DNA of 49,879 nucleotides from an uncultured Bacilli bacterium (GTDB taxonomy: Bacteria; Bacillota_I; Bacilli_A; RF39; UBA660). The position numbers were made by a program, and so were the translations under genes. Under the pieces are notes generated by a model. It saw only the letters and a program-made list of their open reading frames with translations. It did no database searches and was not told the origin of the DNA. This document shows, one piece after another, positions 8,476 through 18,495 of the stretch (position 1 is the first letter of the stretch; every line of letters begins with the position of its first letter). Where the stretch lies: positions 1 through 49,879 of the forward strand of contig CANRLI010000002.1 of NCBI GenBank assembly GCA_947631475.1, written 5' to 3'.

Positions 8476-10473
8476 TTAATTTTCTTGATGAATTTGTTCA
8501 ATATATTTATCTAGTTCGTTTGCTATTGCTTCGTTCTCATCTATATTATCACTTTTTTCATCATTTACATTAACTTTTTCATAAAGATTTGCAGTATTGT
8601 CATCTATATTGTCAACCTGATCAGGGGTTTCTAAGCTTTCAAAAGTATTGTCATCAACGATTATATCGGGATTTTGATTTGTTTCTTCATCAGTTTGAGG
8701 TTCTTCATCATAAACTGGAGGTTCTTCATCGTAAGTTTGAGGCTCGTCATTATATGATGGGATTTCTGCTTCAACAGGTGGAGTTTCTGGTTGCTCGATT
8801 GCATCTTCCGTTAAAACTCTAATCCCTCTTTTTAGTTCTTGAACATCATCTTCTTGAATCGTTGTTATTTTTGGCGACTCAGAAGTCAAATATTGATTAT
8901 AGTCTTTACTTTCTATTTCTTTAGTTTCATCTATATAATTTAAATCAATACTATCAGTTAAGGTAATACCAAGTTGTTCTTCAAGTCTTTTGATTACGTC
9001 AATTGGTGTTTCTGGGAATTGACGACGATGTTTTAAATCTATAACAGTTTGGGCTAAGTCTTTAAGAACTTCTTTGTCGCGATTACGAGAACTAATATCA
9101 ATTAATCCAGATTTTTTAGCTAATAAACGATCTCTAATTTTTTCAATTTCTTTTTGAGCATTTAAGATATTTTCGTTTAATTTTTCACAATCTACTTTAA
9201 TAGTGTGTGAAGCTTCTTGAATATCTTCTGCTTCATCTCTACGGAAAGCAGCAGCTATTTTTTCAGCTTCAATTATATCGTCTCTTTTTTCATCTAATGA
9301 CACTTTTAAGCTAGCTTTTAAACTAATATTACTATCTGGTGTTCCTTGATAAGCTTTTTCATATTCTAGTAAATCTGCTTGCATGATGTTAATCATTTCA
9401 CTTAACTGTTGTTCTTTTTCTTTATAATTAAATTGTTGATCTTGATCAACTACACTAACTTTTGCTTGTAACTCTTCATATTCATTTTGCCATTTTTTAA
9501 TACGGGTTTCTAAAAAGCTAATTCTAGTTTTTTCAGGAGTATTAGCTTCTAAAATATTATAAGTTTTTTTATCAATTTCACTAGCAAAAGCATCGCGAGC
9601 TTGAGTTGCTTTCAATAGTTCTTCTTCAAGTTTATTATCATCTGGGGCATTTATATATGGTTGACGTATAACAATATTAATTAAGTCTACTAGATATGGT
9701 TTTGCATTAATAGGGTCAGCATCACTATTTATTATATCTTTTATTTTTGTTTCGATATATTTAGGATCTTTACGAATTTCTTCAAGACGATTATTAATTT
9801 TTTCAACTTGTTCTTCTAATTCAGCAATTCGTTTATTATTTTTTTCTTTTTTAGTTTTATCAATATAGTTTTCTTTATTGCCTAAGTTTGTTTGTGTTTC
9901 GGTTAATAATTTTCTCTTTTTATCTATTTTATCTTCTAATTTATTTATTTCATCAGTTAAGGCAATTATGTCATTTTGAATTTTTTCGTAATCCTGACTT
10001 TTTTCGCTTAATTCATCTATTAGAGATTCTTTTTTATTTATTGTATCATTAATCAAATCATTATATCTATTAATGGTGTCTGGATCAGTTACAGAGCTTA
10101 TACGATCTTGCATGCTAAAAATGTATTTTTCGTAGCTTTCCTGGGTTTCACGAAGTAAGCTTGTACTTTCATAGGCTTTTTTCTCTTCAGCTTTTAATTC
10201 GTTTAATTCTTTATTTTTTTCTTTTAAAGATGTCGTTAAAGTCTGTAATTGTTTTTTGGTGATAATTTCAATGTTGCGATCAGCCATTTCAGCACTACTA
10301 TCATAACTTTCCTCATCTGAAATAGATTTAATATCATTAATTTCCTGTTGAAAGTCTTCTAATTGTTTAGTAATTTCCAGTTCTTCAACACGTAAAGATG
10401 GGCCATCACTTTTCAAGCGGCACATTTTAACTAATACATCTAAATTCCATAACACCTTCAATTTATTGTCCAT
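8476..10473 (-). CDS. long coiled-coil protein with an acidic, Pro-containing C-terminal tail, function unknown
   Basis: 665 aa, strongly heptad-like and E/K/L/I/N-rich through aa 40-520. No TM segment. The tail has three YD/NDEEP units. RBS AAAGGGTG. Confidence 0.8.
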   Translation of the reverse strand: MDNKLKVLWNLDVLVKMCRLKSDGPSLRVEELEITKQLEDFQQEINDIKSISDEESYDSSAEMADRNIEIITKKQLQTLTTSLKEKNKELNELKAEEKKAYESTSLLRETQESYEKYIFSMQDRISSVTDPDTINRYNDLINDTINKKESLIDELSEKSQDYEKIQNDIIALTDEINKLEDKIDKKRKLLTETQTNLGNKENYIDKTKKEKNNKRIAELEEQVEKINNRLEEIRKDPKYIETKIKDIINSDADPINAKPYLVDLINIVIRQPYINAPDDNKLEEELLKATQARDAFASEIDKKTYNILEANTPEKTRISFLETRIKKWQNEYEELQAKVSVVDQDQQFNYKEKEQQLSEMINIMQADLLEYEKAYQGTPDSNISLKASLKVSLDEKRDDIIEAEKIAAAFRRDEAEDIQEASHTIKVDCEKLNENILNAQKEIEKIRDRLLAKKSGLIDISSRNRDKEVLKDLAQTVIDLKHRRQFPETPIDVIKRLEEQLGITLTDSIDLNYIDETKEIESKDYNQYLTSESPKITTIQEDDVQELKRGIRVLTEDAIEQPETPPVEAEIPSYNDEPQTYDEEPPVYDEEPQTDEETNQNPDIIVDDNTFESLETPDQVDNIDDNTANLYEKVNVNDEKSDNIDENEAIANELDKYIEQIHQEN

Positions 10474-10601
10474 ATATATACACCCTTTTATTCTAGTCTA
10501 AGAATATCATACCATAAAGATAATTTATTTTCAATAAAACTCTTTTTTAATAATAAAAAATTATTAAAATAAATATATATTTACTATATGCGAGGTGGCT
10601 T

Positions 10602-10949
10602 ATGAATACTTTTCCACCAAATATAGACCCTAAAATTTCCACTTTAAGTGCCGTTGTTATTGGTTTTGCATTAATAGATAATTTCACAGCTGCCGAGCAA
10701 AACGCCATAGGTAACTGGTTTATTACCATCGGGCAAATTCTTGAAAATAACTCTGCTTTTCAAGGAGTTATTGAAAATAGAATTCAAGGAAGTACGATTA
10801 ATATCAATAGCAAAAAGTATAAGGAAACAGGTGACCCATACATGGATAATGAAGCATGGGTTGAGTCACCCTCTGATAAGCAGTATAATGATTTGAAAAA
10901 AACTATTGATATTATGAAAAAGGAAATAGATAATTTAAAAAAGAATTAA
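10602..10949 (+). CDS. hypothetical small protein
   Basis: 115 aa. GAGGTGG lies 3 nt before the ATG, which is short spacing. The N-terminal half is hydrophobic (LSAVVIGFALIDNFTAAEQNAIGNWFITIGQIL). The C-terminus is charged. No family assigned. Confidence 0.55.
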   Translation: MNTFPPNIDPKISTLSAVVIGFALIDNFTAAEQNAIGNWFITIGQILENNSAFQGVIENRIQGSTININSKKYKETGDPYMDNEAWVESPSDKQYNDLKKTIDIMKKEIDNLKKN

Positions 10950-10950
10950 A

Positions 10951-10977
10951 GCATAAAAAAAGAACTAAACTAGTTCT
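10951..10977. terminator. bidirectional intrinsic terminator (end of the alpha operon and of the 115-aa gene)
   Basis: agaacta-aac-tagttct is flanked by a run of seven A (10954-10960) and aatttt. On the minus strand the stem is followed by UUUUUUU. Confidence 0.6.
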
Positions 10978-11309
10978 AATTTTGTAGTTAGAGCATCGTC
11001 TCCAACTCTTTCTTTTAATTTAATAATTCTAGTATATCCACCATTTCTAGTTTCATATTTTTTAGCTAATTCATTAAATAGTTTATTAACAACTACTTGA
11101 TCATTATTTAAGAATGCAAGAGCTTTTCTTCTGCAAACTAGAGTTCCTCTTTTAGCATATGTTATCATTTTATCAACAAATTTTCTAACTTCTTTAGCTC
11201 TAGCTTCCGTAGTTATAACTGATTCATTAAGAATAACATCTTTTGTTAAACTAGCTAAAATACTTCTACGTATTGCTTTTTCTCTATTTAATCTTCTGTA
11301 TTTTGCCAT
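10965..11309 (-). CDS. rplQ: 50S ribosomal protein L17
   Basis: 114 aa with an L17-like sequence. It follows rpoA, as in the alpha operon. Confidence 0.93.
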   Translation of the reverse strand: MAKYRRLNREKAIRRSILASLTKDVILNESVITTEARAKEVRKFVDKMITYAKRGTLVCRRKALAFLNNDQVVVNKLFNELAKKYETRNGGYTRIIKLKERVGDDALTTKLELV

Positions 11310-11332
11310 AAGTATTTTACCTCCTATTTATT

Positions 11333-12277
11333 TTAATCGCGGAACTTAAGTCCCATTTCTTTTACTTTATCAATAACTTCTTTTAATGATTTTTTACCTA
11401 AATTACGTATTTTTGTAACTTCTACTTCTTTTTTAGAAATCAAATCTTGAACAGTATTTATACCGGCTCTTTTTAAGCAGTTGTACGCACGAACTGAGAA
11501 TTCAATTTCTTCAATTGGAGTTTCTAATGTCTTAGTGATTGTGTCTACCTTTTTTTCAGCCATTAAACCTGATACGTCACTGATAGCATTTAAATCTGTT
11601 ACAATATTAAAATGCTCAATAAGGATTCTTGCAGATAAAGCCATAGCTTCTTCTGGAGTAATTGATCCGTTAGTATAAACATTTATTATTAGTTTATCAA
11701 AGTTCTCATTTTGACCAACACGAGCACTTTCAACTTCGTAACTAACTCTTTCGATTGGTGAATAAAGTGAATCAATAGCAATAACGCCGGCTTTATTTTC
11801 ACCAAGTAATTTTTGATTAGCTTTGGCATCAACGTATCCACGACCATTGCTAACGGTCATTTCCATATCTAGTTTGCCGCCTTTGACTAAGTTAGCAATT
11901 ACTAAATCAGGGTTAACTATTTCAATATCAGCATCTTTGTCAATATCTCCAGCCGTAACTGTGCCTTCTTTATCAGCATATAGTCTAATTATTTTATCTT
12001 CATCAGAATGATTTTTAATAACAACGCTTTTTAAAGCAAGAACAATGGCTGTAACATCTTCAACAACGCCATCTATTTTTTGGAATTCATGCATTACTCC
12101 TTCAATTTTAACAGATGTAATTGCACTTCCTGGTAAAGAAGATAGCATAACTCTTCTTAATGCGTTTCCAATAGTTGTACCAAAACCTCTTTCAAGTGGT
12201 TCTAGTTCAAATTTTCCATAGTGATTACTTTCTATATATTCAGTAATTTTGTATTCTGGTTTTTCAAATCTTAACAT
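11333..12277 (-). CDS. rpoA: DNA-directed RNA polymerase alpha subunit
   Basis: 314 aa. N-terminal dimerisation domain (GNALRRVMLSSLPG) and C-terminal domain (SVRAYNCLKRAGI). Confidence 0.96.
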   Translation of the reverse strand: MLRFEKPEYKITEYIESNHYGKFELEPLERGFGTTIGNALRRVMLSSLPGSAITSVKIEGVMHEFQKIDGVVEDVTAIVLALKSVVIKNHSDEDKIIRLYADKEGTVTAGDIDKDADIEIVNPDLVIANLVKGGKLDMEMTVSNGRGYVDAKANQKLLGENKAGVIAIDSLYSPIERVSYEVESARVGQNENFDKLIINVYTNGSITPEEAMALSARILIEHFNIVTDLNAISDVSGLMAEKKVDTITKTLETPIEEIEFSVRAYNCLKRAGINTVQDLISKKEVEVTKIRNLGKKSLKEVIDKVKEMGLKFRD

Positions 12278-12304
12278 ATCCCTAAGTTCCCTTCTTTCAC
12301 TAAA

Positions 12305-12688
12305 TTAATTTCTTGGACGTTTTGGTGGACGACATCCGTTATGTGGAACTGGAGTAACGTCAATAATAGATGTAATTTCTAATCCAGCAGTTTGTAATGA
12401 ACGAATTGCATTCTCACGTCCTGCTCCTAAACCTTTAACATATACTTCTACTTTTTTTACTCCGTTATCAATAGCAGCTTTAGCAGCAGCTTCTGCACTC
12501 ATTCCAGCTGCAAATGGAGTTTTCTTTTTGCTTCCTTTATATCCAATAGTACCAGCAGAAGCCCAACTTATTACATTACCATCTTTATCAGTTATAGTTA
12601 CGACAGTGTTGTTATATGTTGAATGAATATGAGCTTGTGCTTCAGGAATATTCTTTTTAACTTTTCTTTTTCTTCTATTGTAAGCCAT
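12305..12688 (-). CDS. rpsK: 30S ribosomal protein S11
   Basis: 127 aa. [16 protein letters not shown]...[11 protein letters not shown]. Confidence 0.96.
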   Translation of the reverse strand: MAYNRRKRKVKKNIPEAQAHIHSTYNNTVVTITDKDGNVISWASAGTIGYKGSKKKTPFAAGMSAEAAAKAAIDNGVKKVEVYVKGLGAGRENAIRSLQTAGLEITSIIDVTPVPHNGCRPPKRPRN

Positions 12689-12709
12689 AATTATTTAACC
12701 TCCTATTTA

Positions 12710-13084
12710 TTATTTAGTAGCTTTCTTCTTATTAGCAACTACTTTACCTTTACCTTTTCTAGTACGAGCATTTCTTGAAGTTCTTTGACCATGTACGGGA
12801 AGACCTTTTTTATGTCTTGTTCCTTGGTAACTATTAATTTCCATTTTATTTTTAATATTCATTTGAACTTCACGACGAAGATCTCCTTCTACCATTTGTT
12901 TATCAACTTCTTTACGTAGAGCAGTAATTTCGTCTTCTGTTAAATCTTTAATTTTTTTATCTCTTGCTACTTTTGCAGCATCACAAATTTGGTTAGCTAA
13001 ACTTCTACCTATACCATAAATAGCAGTTAATCCTATACAAGTATGTTTTTCACCTGGTAATTCAATATTTTTAATACGTGCCAT
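12710..13084 (-). CDS. rpsM: 30S ribosomal protein S13
   Basis: 124 aa. MARI...LTAIYGIG...[13 protein letters not shown]. Confidence 0.96.
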   Translation of the reverse strand: MARIKNIELPGEKHTCIGLTAIYGIGRSLANQICDAAKVARDKKIKDLTEDEITALRKEVDKQMVEGDLRREVQMNIKNKMEINSYQGTRHKKGLPVHGQRTSRNARTRKGKGKVVANKKKATK

Positions 13085-13097
13085 AATTTACCTCCTA

Positions 13098-13211
13098 TTA
13101 ACCTTGTTTTTGTTTGTGTTTTGGATTTTCACAAATAACCATTATTTTCCCTTTTCTTCTTATAATTTTGCATTTTGCACAAATTTTTTTTACTGATGGT
13201 CTAACTTTCAT
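13098..13211 (-). CDS. rpmJ: 50S ribosomal protein L36 (Zn-binding form)
   Basis: Not in the ORF track because it is under 60 aa. My translation is [37 protein letters not shown]. It sits between infA and rpsM as expected. The RBS GGAGG of rpsM follows. Confidence 0.93.
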   Translation of the reverse strand: MKVRPSVKKICAKCKIIRRKGKIMVICENPKHKQKQG

Positions 13212-13225
13212 AATTGTACCTCCAT

Positions 13226-13444
13226 TTATTTTTTATTCCATATTATACGCCCACGTGTTACATCATAAGGCGACAACTCAATAGTTACTGTATCACCTGG
13301 TAAGATACGAATCATATTAACGCGCATTTTACCAGAAACGTAGGCCTCTACAGTATGTCCATTAGGTAATTCAACGATTGGAGTTCCTCCTTTTAGGATT
13401 TCTACAACCTTACCTTCTACTTCTATTTTTTCTTCTTTAGCCAT
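13226..13444 (-). CDS. infA: translation initiation factor IF-1
   Basis: 72 aa. [40 protein letters not shown]. Confidence 0.96.
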   Translation of the reverse strand: MAKEEKIEVEGKVVEILKGGTPIVELPNGHTVEAYVSGKMRVNMIRILPGDTVTIELSPYDVTRGRIIWNKK

Positions 13445-13501
13445 TTTATATCTCCTATATTTATTTACCCTAAAGTTTGGGGTGAGAGTGTTGATAACAT
13501 A

Positions 13502-14164
13502 TTAGTTATTAACATTCTCACTTTCTAATATTTGTTCAATTAGTTGATAGCTATTTTCTGAACCATTAGTAGTATCAACAATTTCTAATTTACCCTTTTC
13601 CTTATAATAGTCAATTAAAGGGTTAGTAACGTTTAAATATGTATTAAAACGTACTTTAAATGTTTCTTCATTGTCGTCAGCTCTTTGATTTAAAGGACCT
13701 TGACATTTATCACAAATACCATCCTTTTTGGGTTTCGTTTCTTGAAAATATTTATTGTAAGTTGCTCCGCAATCACTACAAACTAGGCGTCCAAGAGCTC
13801 TTTTCATAGCTGTTTCTTCATCAATTGATAAATATATTGCCATGTAATCAGTTATGGCAAGCTCATTAAAAATTTCATTTAATGTTTCAGCTTGATTTAG
13901 ATTTCTTGGATAACCATCTAAAATAAATTTTTGATTTTTGATAGTCGCTAATTTGTTTTTTAATAGTTTAGTGATTATTTCGTCGCTAACTAATTCGCCT
14001 TTTGAAATTATATCATTTATTTCATTTCCAAATTCAGTTCCCTTTTTAATCTCTGCTCTTAATAAATCCCCTGTTGACAAATGAATGTAACCTTTGCGTT
14101 CTTCTAATAACGCACTAACAGTTCCTTTACCAGCAGCAGGTGGAGCAATAAAAATTATATTCAT
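13502..14164 (-). CDS. adk: adenylate kinase (Zn-lid type)
   Basis: P-loop APPAAGKGT and lid CSDCGATY...CDKC. The ATG at 14164 lies 9 nt after GAAGGT. The track's TTG at 14170 is unlikely. Confidence 0.94.
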   Translation of the reverse strand: MNIIFIAPPAAGKGTVSALLEERKGYIHLSTGDLLRAEIKKGTEFGNEINDIISKGELVSDEIITKLLKNKLATIKNQKFILDGYPRNLNQAETLNEIFNELAITDYMAIYLSIDEETAMKRALGRLVCSDCGATYNKYFQETKPKKDGICDKCQGPLNQRADDNEETFKVRFNTYLNVTNPLIDYYKEKGKLEIVDTTNGSENSYQLIEQILESENVNN

Positions 14165-14171
14165 ATACAAT

Positions 14172-15431
14172 TTACCTTCTTATTCCTGCCCTATGACTAC
14201 GGCTTATTAAACTACTTTCTAGTTGTTTGTAAGTTTCTATTGCAACTCCAACAACTATTAATAATCCGGTTCCACCAATTGTTACAGTACTAGATAATCC
14301 TGAAAAATTAGAAAAGATAATTGGTAATCCAGCAATAACAATTAAAAATATAGAACCAACGATTGTTAATCTGCTTAAAACTTTACTGACATAATCAATA
14401 GTATCATTTCCAGGTCTTACTCCAGGAATATATGCACCACTTTTACTTAAATTTTTGGCCATTTCTTCAGGATTCATTTGTAAGAATGTGTAGAAATACC
14501 CAAATAAGAAAATTAATAAAATATATATAATGAAACCTGTTAATGTTGTATTAACAATATAATTATTAACAAAATTAATAGCTTTTTCATTTTTTATTAA
14601 ATTAACAATAGTTACGGGAATAGTAAGTAATGTTGATGCAAAAATTACGGGTAAAACACCTGCAGAATTAATTTTTACTGGAAGGAAGTTTTGATGTTTA
14701 CCATACGCACTATTTGTTCTATTAGCATATTGGATAGGAATTCTTCTTTCAGCAAGTTGAATCCATACCATACCAACAATAATTAATAGATAAATAATTA
14801 CAAAAGATGCGAATAAAAGTGCACCAACAACATTATTAAATGTTCCAGATAAAACTAATTCACGGAATGCAGTAACAAAGATGCCTGGCATTGATTGCAA
14901 GATACCTGCCATAATATATAATGAAACACCATTGCCTATTCCTCGTTTAGTTATTTGATCTCCTAACCATAGTAATAAACATGTTCCAGCTGTTAAAACA
15001 ACGGTTGTTTTTAAAATAGTTAGTACATCATGTGATCCAGAATAAACAATTGTAAAAATATAACCTTGAACAAAAGCAAATAAGACACCTAGATATCTAG
15101 TTATTTTATTTATTTTTTGTTTACCAGTATATCCTTGTTCTTTTAATTCTTTAAAATATGGAATAATATCCATTTGTAATAATTGTGTAATAATTTGGGC
15201 TGTGATATATGGGGTTACACCTAAGGCAAAGATAGAAAATGATTTAAGTCCACCACCTGTCATTAGGTTAAATATTTCTAAGAACCCCAATTCTTCATAT
15301 ACAGTACCAGCCCAAGGAACCGTAATAGTACTTCCGAAGCAGAATATAGCTAAACAAAATAATGTAAAATATATTCTTCTTCTTAAATCTTTATTTGAAC
15401 GGTTAAAGAGTTGTTTTAGATTTGAAAACAT
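14172..15431 (-). CDS. secY: preprotein translocase subunit SecY
   Basis: 419 aa, 10-TM pattern, position between rplO and adk. Confidence 0.95.
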   Translation of the reverse strand: MFSNLKQLFNRSNKDLRRRIYFTLFCLAIFCFGSTITVPWAGTVYEELGFLEIFNLMTGGGLKSFSIFALGVTPYITAQIITQLLQMDIIPYFKELKEQGYTGKQKINKITRYLGVLFAFVQGYIFTIVYSGSHDVLTILKTTVVLTAGTCLLLWLGDQITKRGIGNGVSLYIMAGILQSMPGIFVTAFRELVLSGTFNNVVGALLFASFVIIYLLIIVGMVWIQLAERRIPIQYANRTNSAYGKHQNFLPVKINSAGVLPVIFASTLLTIPVTIVNLIKNEKAINFVNNYIVNTTLTGFIIYILLIFLFGYFYTFLQMNPEEMAKNLSKSGAYIPGVRPGNDTIDYVSKVLSRLTIVGSIFLIVIAGLPIIFSNFSGLSSTVTIGGTGLLIVVGVAIETYKQLESSLISRSHRAGIRR

Positions 15432-15875
15432 CTAAATCACCTCAGCTTTTCCGCCAGCACTTTCAATTTTTGTAACGGCTGAACTTGAGAAACGATTAGC
15501 TTTAATCGTTAATTTCTTTTCTAGTTCACCATTGCCTAAGACTTTTACGCCACAAAGTTGTTTTTTGATAATACCCTTTTCTTTTAATAATTCAGGAGTT
15601 ACAACGTCTCCGTCATTAAAGAATTTATTTAAATCACTTAAATTAATTGTTGCATATTCTACTCTAAATCTGGCATTATTAAAGCCACGTTTTGGAATTC
15701 TTCTATATAATGGAGTTTGTCCACCTTGGAACCAAGCAGAAATGCTTGCTCCAGAACGAGACTTTTGTCCCTTTTGACCTCTAGTAGAAGTTTTACCCAT
15801 TCCACTACCAGGTCCACGACCAACTCTTTTTCTTACTTTTGCTTCAGGAGAAGCCACTAACTCATTTAATTTCAT
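15432..15875 (-). CDS. rplO: 50S ribosomal protein L15
   Basis: 147 aa. [24 protein letters not shown]. Confidence 0.95.
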   Translation of the reverse strand: MKLNELVASPEAKVRKRVGRGPGSGMGKTSTRGQKGQKSRSGASISAWFQGGQTPLYRRIPKRGFNNARFRVEYATINLSDLNKFFNDGDVVTPELLKEKGIIKKQLCGVKVLGNGELEKKLTIKANRFSSSAVTKIESAGGKAEVI

Positions 15876-15876
15876 A

Positions 15877-16380
15877 TTATAGCTCCTCTACTTTCTTACC
15901 TCTTAATGCTGCAACTTGTTCAGGTGTTTTTTGCATTTTAAGAGCTTCTAATGTAGCTTTTGCAACGTTAATTTTGGTATTTGATCCAAGTGATTTTGAA
16001 ACTATGTCACGAACGCCAGCAAGTTCTAGAACGTCTCTTGCTGATCCACCAGCAATAACTCCTGTACCTTCGGTAGCTGGTTTAATTAAAACTTGCGCAC
16101 GACCAACTTTTCCAATAGCTTCATGTGGGATTGTTCTATTATCAATTAAAGAAACTTTTGTTACGTTTTTATTTGCTGCTTGAATGGCTTTTTTAATAGC
16201 TTCAGGGACTTCATTAGCTTTGCCAGTTCCAATACCAACTAAGCCTTTTCTATTTCCTACAACAACTGTTGCAGAGAATCTAAAATGACGTCCTCCTTTG
16301 GTAACTTTTGTTACACGTCCGATAGAAACTACTTTTTCTTCAAGCAAATTTTTCTTAGAGTCCATTTTTGTTTTTGGCAT
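15877..16380 (-). CDS. rpsE: 30S ribosomal protein S5
   Basis: 167 aa. [21 protein letters not shown]. Confidence 0.96.
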   Translation of the reverse strand: MPKTKMDSKKNLLEEKVVSIGRVTKVTKGGRHFRFSATVVVGNRKGLVGIGTGKANEVPEAIKKAIQAANKNVTKVSLIDNRTIPHEAIGKVGRAQVLIKPATEGTGVIAGGSARDVLELAGVRDIVSKSLGSNTKINVAKATLEALKMQKTPEQVAALRGKKVEEL

Positions 16381-16396
16381 AATCTGTACCTCCCTC

Positions 16397-16753
16397 TTAG
16401 AATTCTAGTCCATTTTCACGTGCAGCTTCTGCTAAAGCTTGAACACGTCCGTGGTAAAGGTATCCACCTCTATCGAAAACTACTTTTGTTATCTTTAATT
16501 TTTTAGCTTTTTCAGCAATGTCTTTGCCAACTACTTTGGCACCTTCAACATTTCCACCATTTTTAATTTTTAATTCGACAGATGAAGAGCTAGCTAGAGT
16601 AACGCCCTTAACATCATCGATAATTTGCGCAAAGATTTGTGTATTTGATCTAAATACGTTTAATCTTGGACATTCAGCTGTTCCGCTTATCTTGTTACGA
16701 ATACGAGCATGTCTTTTTTTACGCATATCATTTCTTGATTCTTTAACTATCAT
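16397..16753 (-). CDS. rplR: 50S ribosomal protein L18
   Basis: 118 aa. [15 protein letters not shown]...[26 protein letters not shown]. Confidence 0.96.
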   Translation of the reverse strand: MIVKESRNDMRKKRHARIRNKISGTAECPRLNVFRSNTQIFAQIIDDVKGVTLASSSSVELKIKNGGNVEGAKVVGKDIAEKAKKLKITKVVFDRGGYLYHGRVQALAEAARENGLEF

Positions 16754-16773
16754 AATATCTCGACTCCTTACCC

Positions 16774-17313
16774 TTATTTAGCTGCTTTCTTACCTTCTTT
16801 ACGACGAACATATTCACCTTTGTAACGGATACCTTTACCTTTATATGGTTCAGGTTCTCTTACACTACGAATATTAGCCGCAAATTCGGCAACTCTTTGC
16901 TTATCAATACCAGAAATAGTAATTTCAGTATTGCTTGTTTGTTCTGCCTTTAAGCCAGCAGGAACATCGATTACTACTGGATGAGAATATCCAGCATTTA
17001 TACTAATTTTATTGCCTTGAACTTGGAATCTATATCCAACTCCAATAGCTTCTAGTTCTTTAGTATAACCTTCTTTAACACCTTTAATCATATTATTGAT
17101 TAAAGCATTAGTAGTACCATGCAATTGTTTTGTTGCTTTGGCATCATTTGGTCTTTTTGTAATAATTTTGCCTTCAACTTCTTCAACAGTTATAATGTTG
17201 CTTTTTTCATAACTTAATTCTCCCTTAGGACCTTTAACAGTTACAGTATTATTGTCAACAGTAACAGTAACTCCATCAGGAATCACTAATTCTCTTTTTC
17301 CTATTCTACTCAT
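16774..17313 (-). CDS. rplF: 50S ribosomal protein L6
   Basis: 179 aa. [12 protein letters not shown]...[12 protein letters not shown]. Confidence 0.96.
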   Translation of the reverse strand: MSRIGKRELVIPDGVTVTVDNNTVTVKGPKGELSYEKSNIITVEEVEGKIITKRPNDAKATKQLHGTTNALINNMIKGVKEGYTKELEAIGVGYRFQVQGNKISINAGYSHPVVIDVPAGLKAEQTSNTEITISGIDKQRVAEFAANIRSVREPEPYKGKGIRYKGEYVRRKEGKKAAK

Positions 17314-17325
17314 AACTTAATTTCC

Positions 17326-17721
17326 TTACCAAATATAGGCAAGTACTTCTCCTCCTAGACCAGCTTCACGAGCTTCTTTGTCAGTCATTAATCCTTTTGA
17401 AGTTGAAATGATGGCAATTCCTAAACCGTTAAGTACACGAGGAATTTCATCACGTTTGGCATAGACACGTAAACCAGATTTTGATATTCTCTTTAATCCT
17501 GTAATAACTCTTTCTTTTTTGTTTCCGTATTTAAGTGTTATAGTTAACTTATCTCCTTTATCATTTTTTTCATAATTAAAATCAGAAATGTAACCTTCAC
17601 GCTTTAGAATTTCAGCAATTCCTAATGTCATTTTTGAACCTAAAACTTCAACATTTTCATATCTCATTTGATTTGCATTACGTATTCTTGTAAGCATATC
17701 AGCTATTATATCTCCTACCAT
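17326..17721 (-). CDS. rpsH: 30S ribosomal protein S8
   Basis: 131 aa. [13 protein letters not shown]...GGEVLAYIW. Confidence 0.96.
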   Translation of the reverse strand: MVGDIIADMLTRIRNANQMRYENVEVLGSKMTLGIAEILKREGYISDFNYEKNDKGDKLTITLKYGNKKERVITGLKRISKSGLRVYAKRDEIPRVLNGLGIAIISTSKGLMTDKEAREAGLGGEVLAYIW

Positions 17722-17739
17722 AGTCTAAATTCCTCCTTT

Positions 17740-17925
17740 CTACCAACTTGATTTCTTAACGCCAGGGATTTGACCATTATTTGCCATTTCCCTAAAACAA
17801 ATACGACATAATTTATATTTGCGTAGAACTCCATGAGGACGTCCACATCTTTCGCAACGAGTATAAGCTCTTGATTTAAATTTTGCAGGTCTTTGTTGTT
17901 TGATTTTTAAACTAGTCTTTGCCAT
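17740..17925 (-). CDS. rpsN: 30S ribosomal protein S14, type Z (Zn-ribbon, 61 aa)
   Basis: [20 protein letters not shown]. Short 61-aa form. Confidence 0.95.
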   Translation of the reverse strand: MAKTSLKIKQQRPAKFKSRAYTRCERCGRPHGVLRKYKLCRICFREMANNGQIPGVKKSSW

Positions 17926-17944
17926 AAATATTTTCCTCCTCTAT

Positions 17945-18484
17945 CTACTTTCTAAATGGCATTCCAAACGCACTTAATAGTTCGAATGCTTCGTCATTTG
18001 ATTTTGCAGTTGTAACGAATACAATGTCCATACCTCTTATTTTAAGTACTTGATCATATTCTACTTCAGGGAATATAATTTGCTCTTTAATTCCTAAAGT
18101 GTAGTTTCCTTTACCATCAAAAGCAGTTTTAGAAACTCCTCTAAAATCTCTTACACGTGGTAGAGCAACTTTAATTAATTTTTCCATGAAATTATACATA
18201 TTTTCGCCACGTAATGTAACTTTGGCTCCAATTACTTGGCCTTCTCTTATTTTAAAGCCAGCTATTGATTTACGAGCCTTTGTTACAACAGGTTTTTGTC
18301 CAGCTAAAACTTCTAAGTCTTTAACTGCTGCTTCAATGAATTTTGAATCATGTGAAGCTTCGCCAACTCCCATATTAATAACTATTTTTTCAATTTTTGG
18401 TACTTGCATAACTGAAGAATAGTTAAACTTTTTCATTAGAGAGTCTACGATTTGTTCATTATATAACTTTTTAAATGTACTCAT
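17945..18484 (-). CDS. rplE: 50S ribosomal protein L5
   Basis: L5 family throughout. I prefer the ATG at 18484 (MSTFKKLY...) over the track's GTG at 18496. The start is uncertain by 4 codons. Confidence 0.93.
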   Translation of the reverse strand: MSTFKKLYNEQIVDSLMKKFNYSSVMQVPKIEKIVINMGVGEASHDSKFIEAAVKDLEVLAGQKPVVTKARKSIAGFKIREGQVIGAKVTLRGENMYNFMEKLIKVALPRVRDFRGVSKTAFDGKGNYTLGIKEQIIFPEVEYDQVLKIRGMDIVFVTTAKSNDEAFELLSAFGMPFRK

Positions 18485-18495
18485 ATCTTCACCCA

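Noticed and set aside
8690-8770. Short tandem DNA repeats here, and those at 1905-2660, considered as a possible CRISPR or mobile-element signature.
   Set aside because: They are in-frame coding repeats without spacers, leader or cas genes. No transposase, integrase or inverted terminal repeats occur anywhere in the window.
8334-8822. Plus-strand ORFs 8334-8573 and 8589-8822.
   Set aside because: They are antisense to the 81-aa gene and to the acidic tail of the coiled-coil gene. The second simply mirrors the 21-bp repeat. No translation signals are present.
10547-10729. A minus-strand 60-aa ORF overlapping the start of the 115-aa gene.
   Set aside because: It has no RBS and overlaps the better-supported plus-strand ORF. 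It also begins in promoter-like AT-rich DNA.
16574-16580. An exact reverse-complement 0A box (TTCGACA) inside rplR.
   Set aside because: It lies in the middle of a highly conserved ribosomal protein coding sequence, far from any promoter. It is most simply a chance occurrence.
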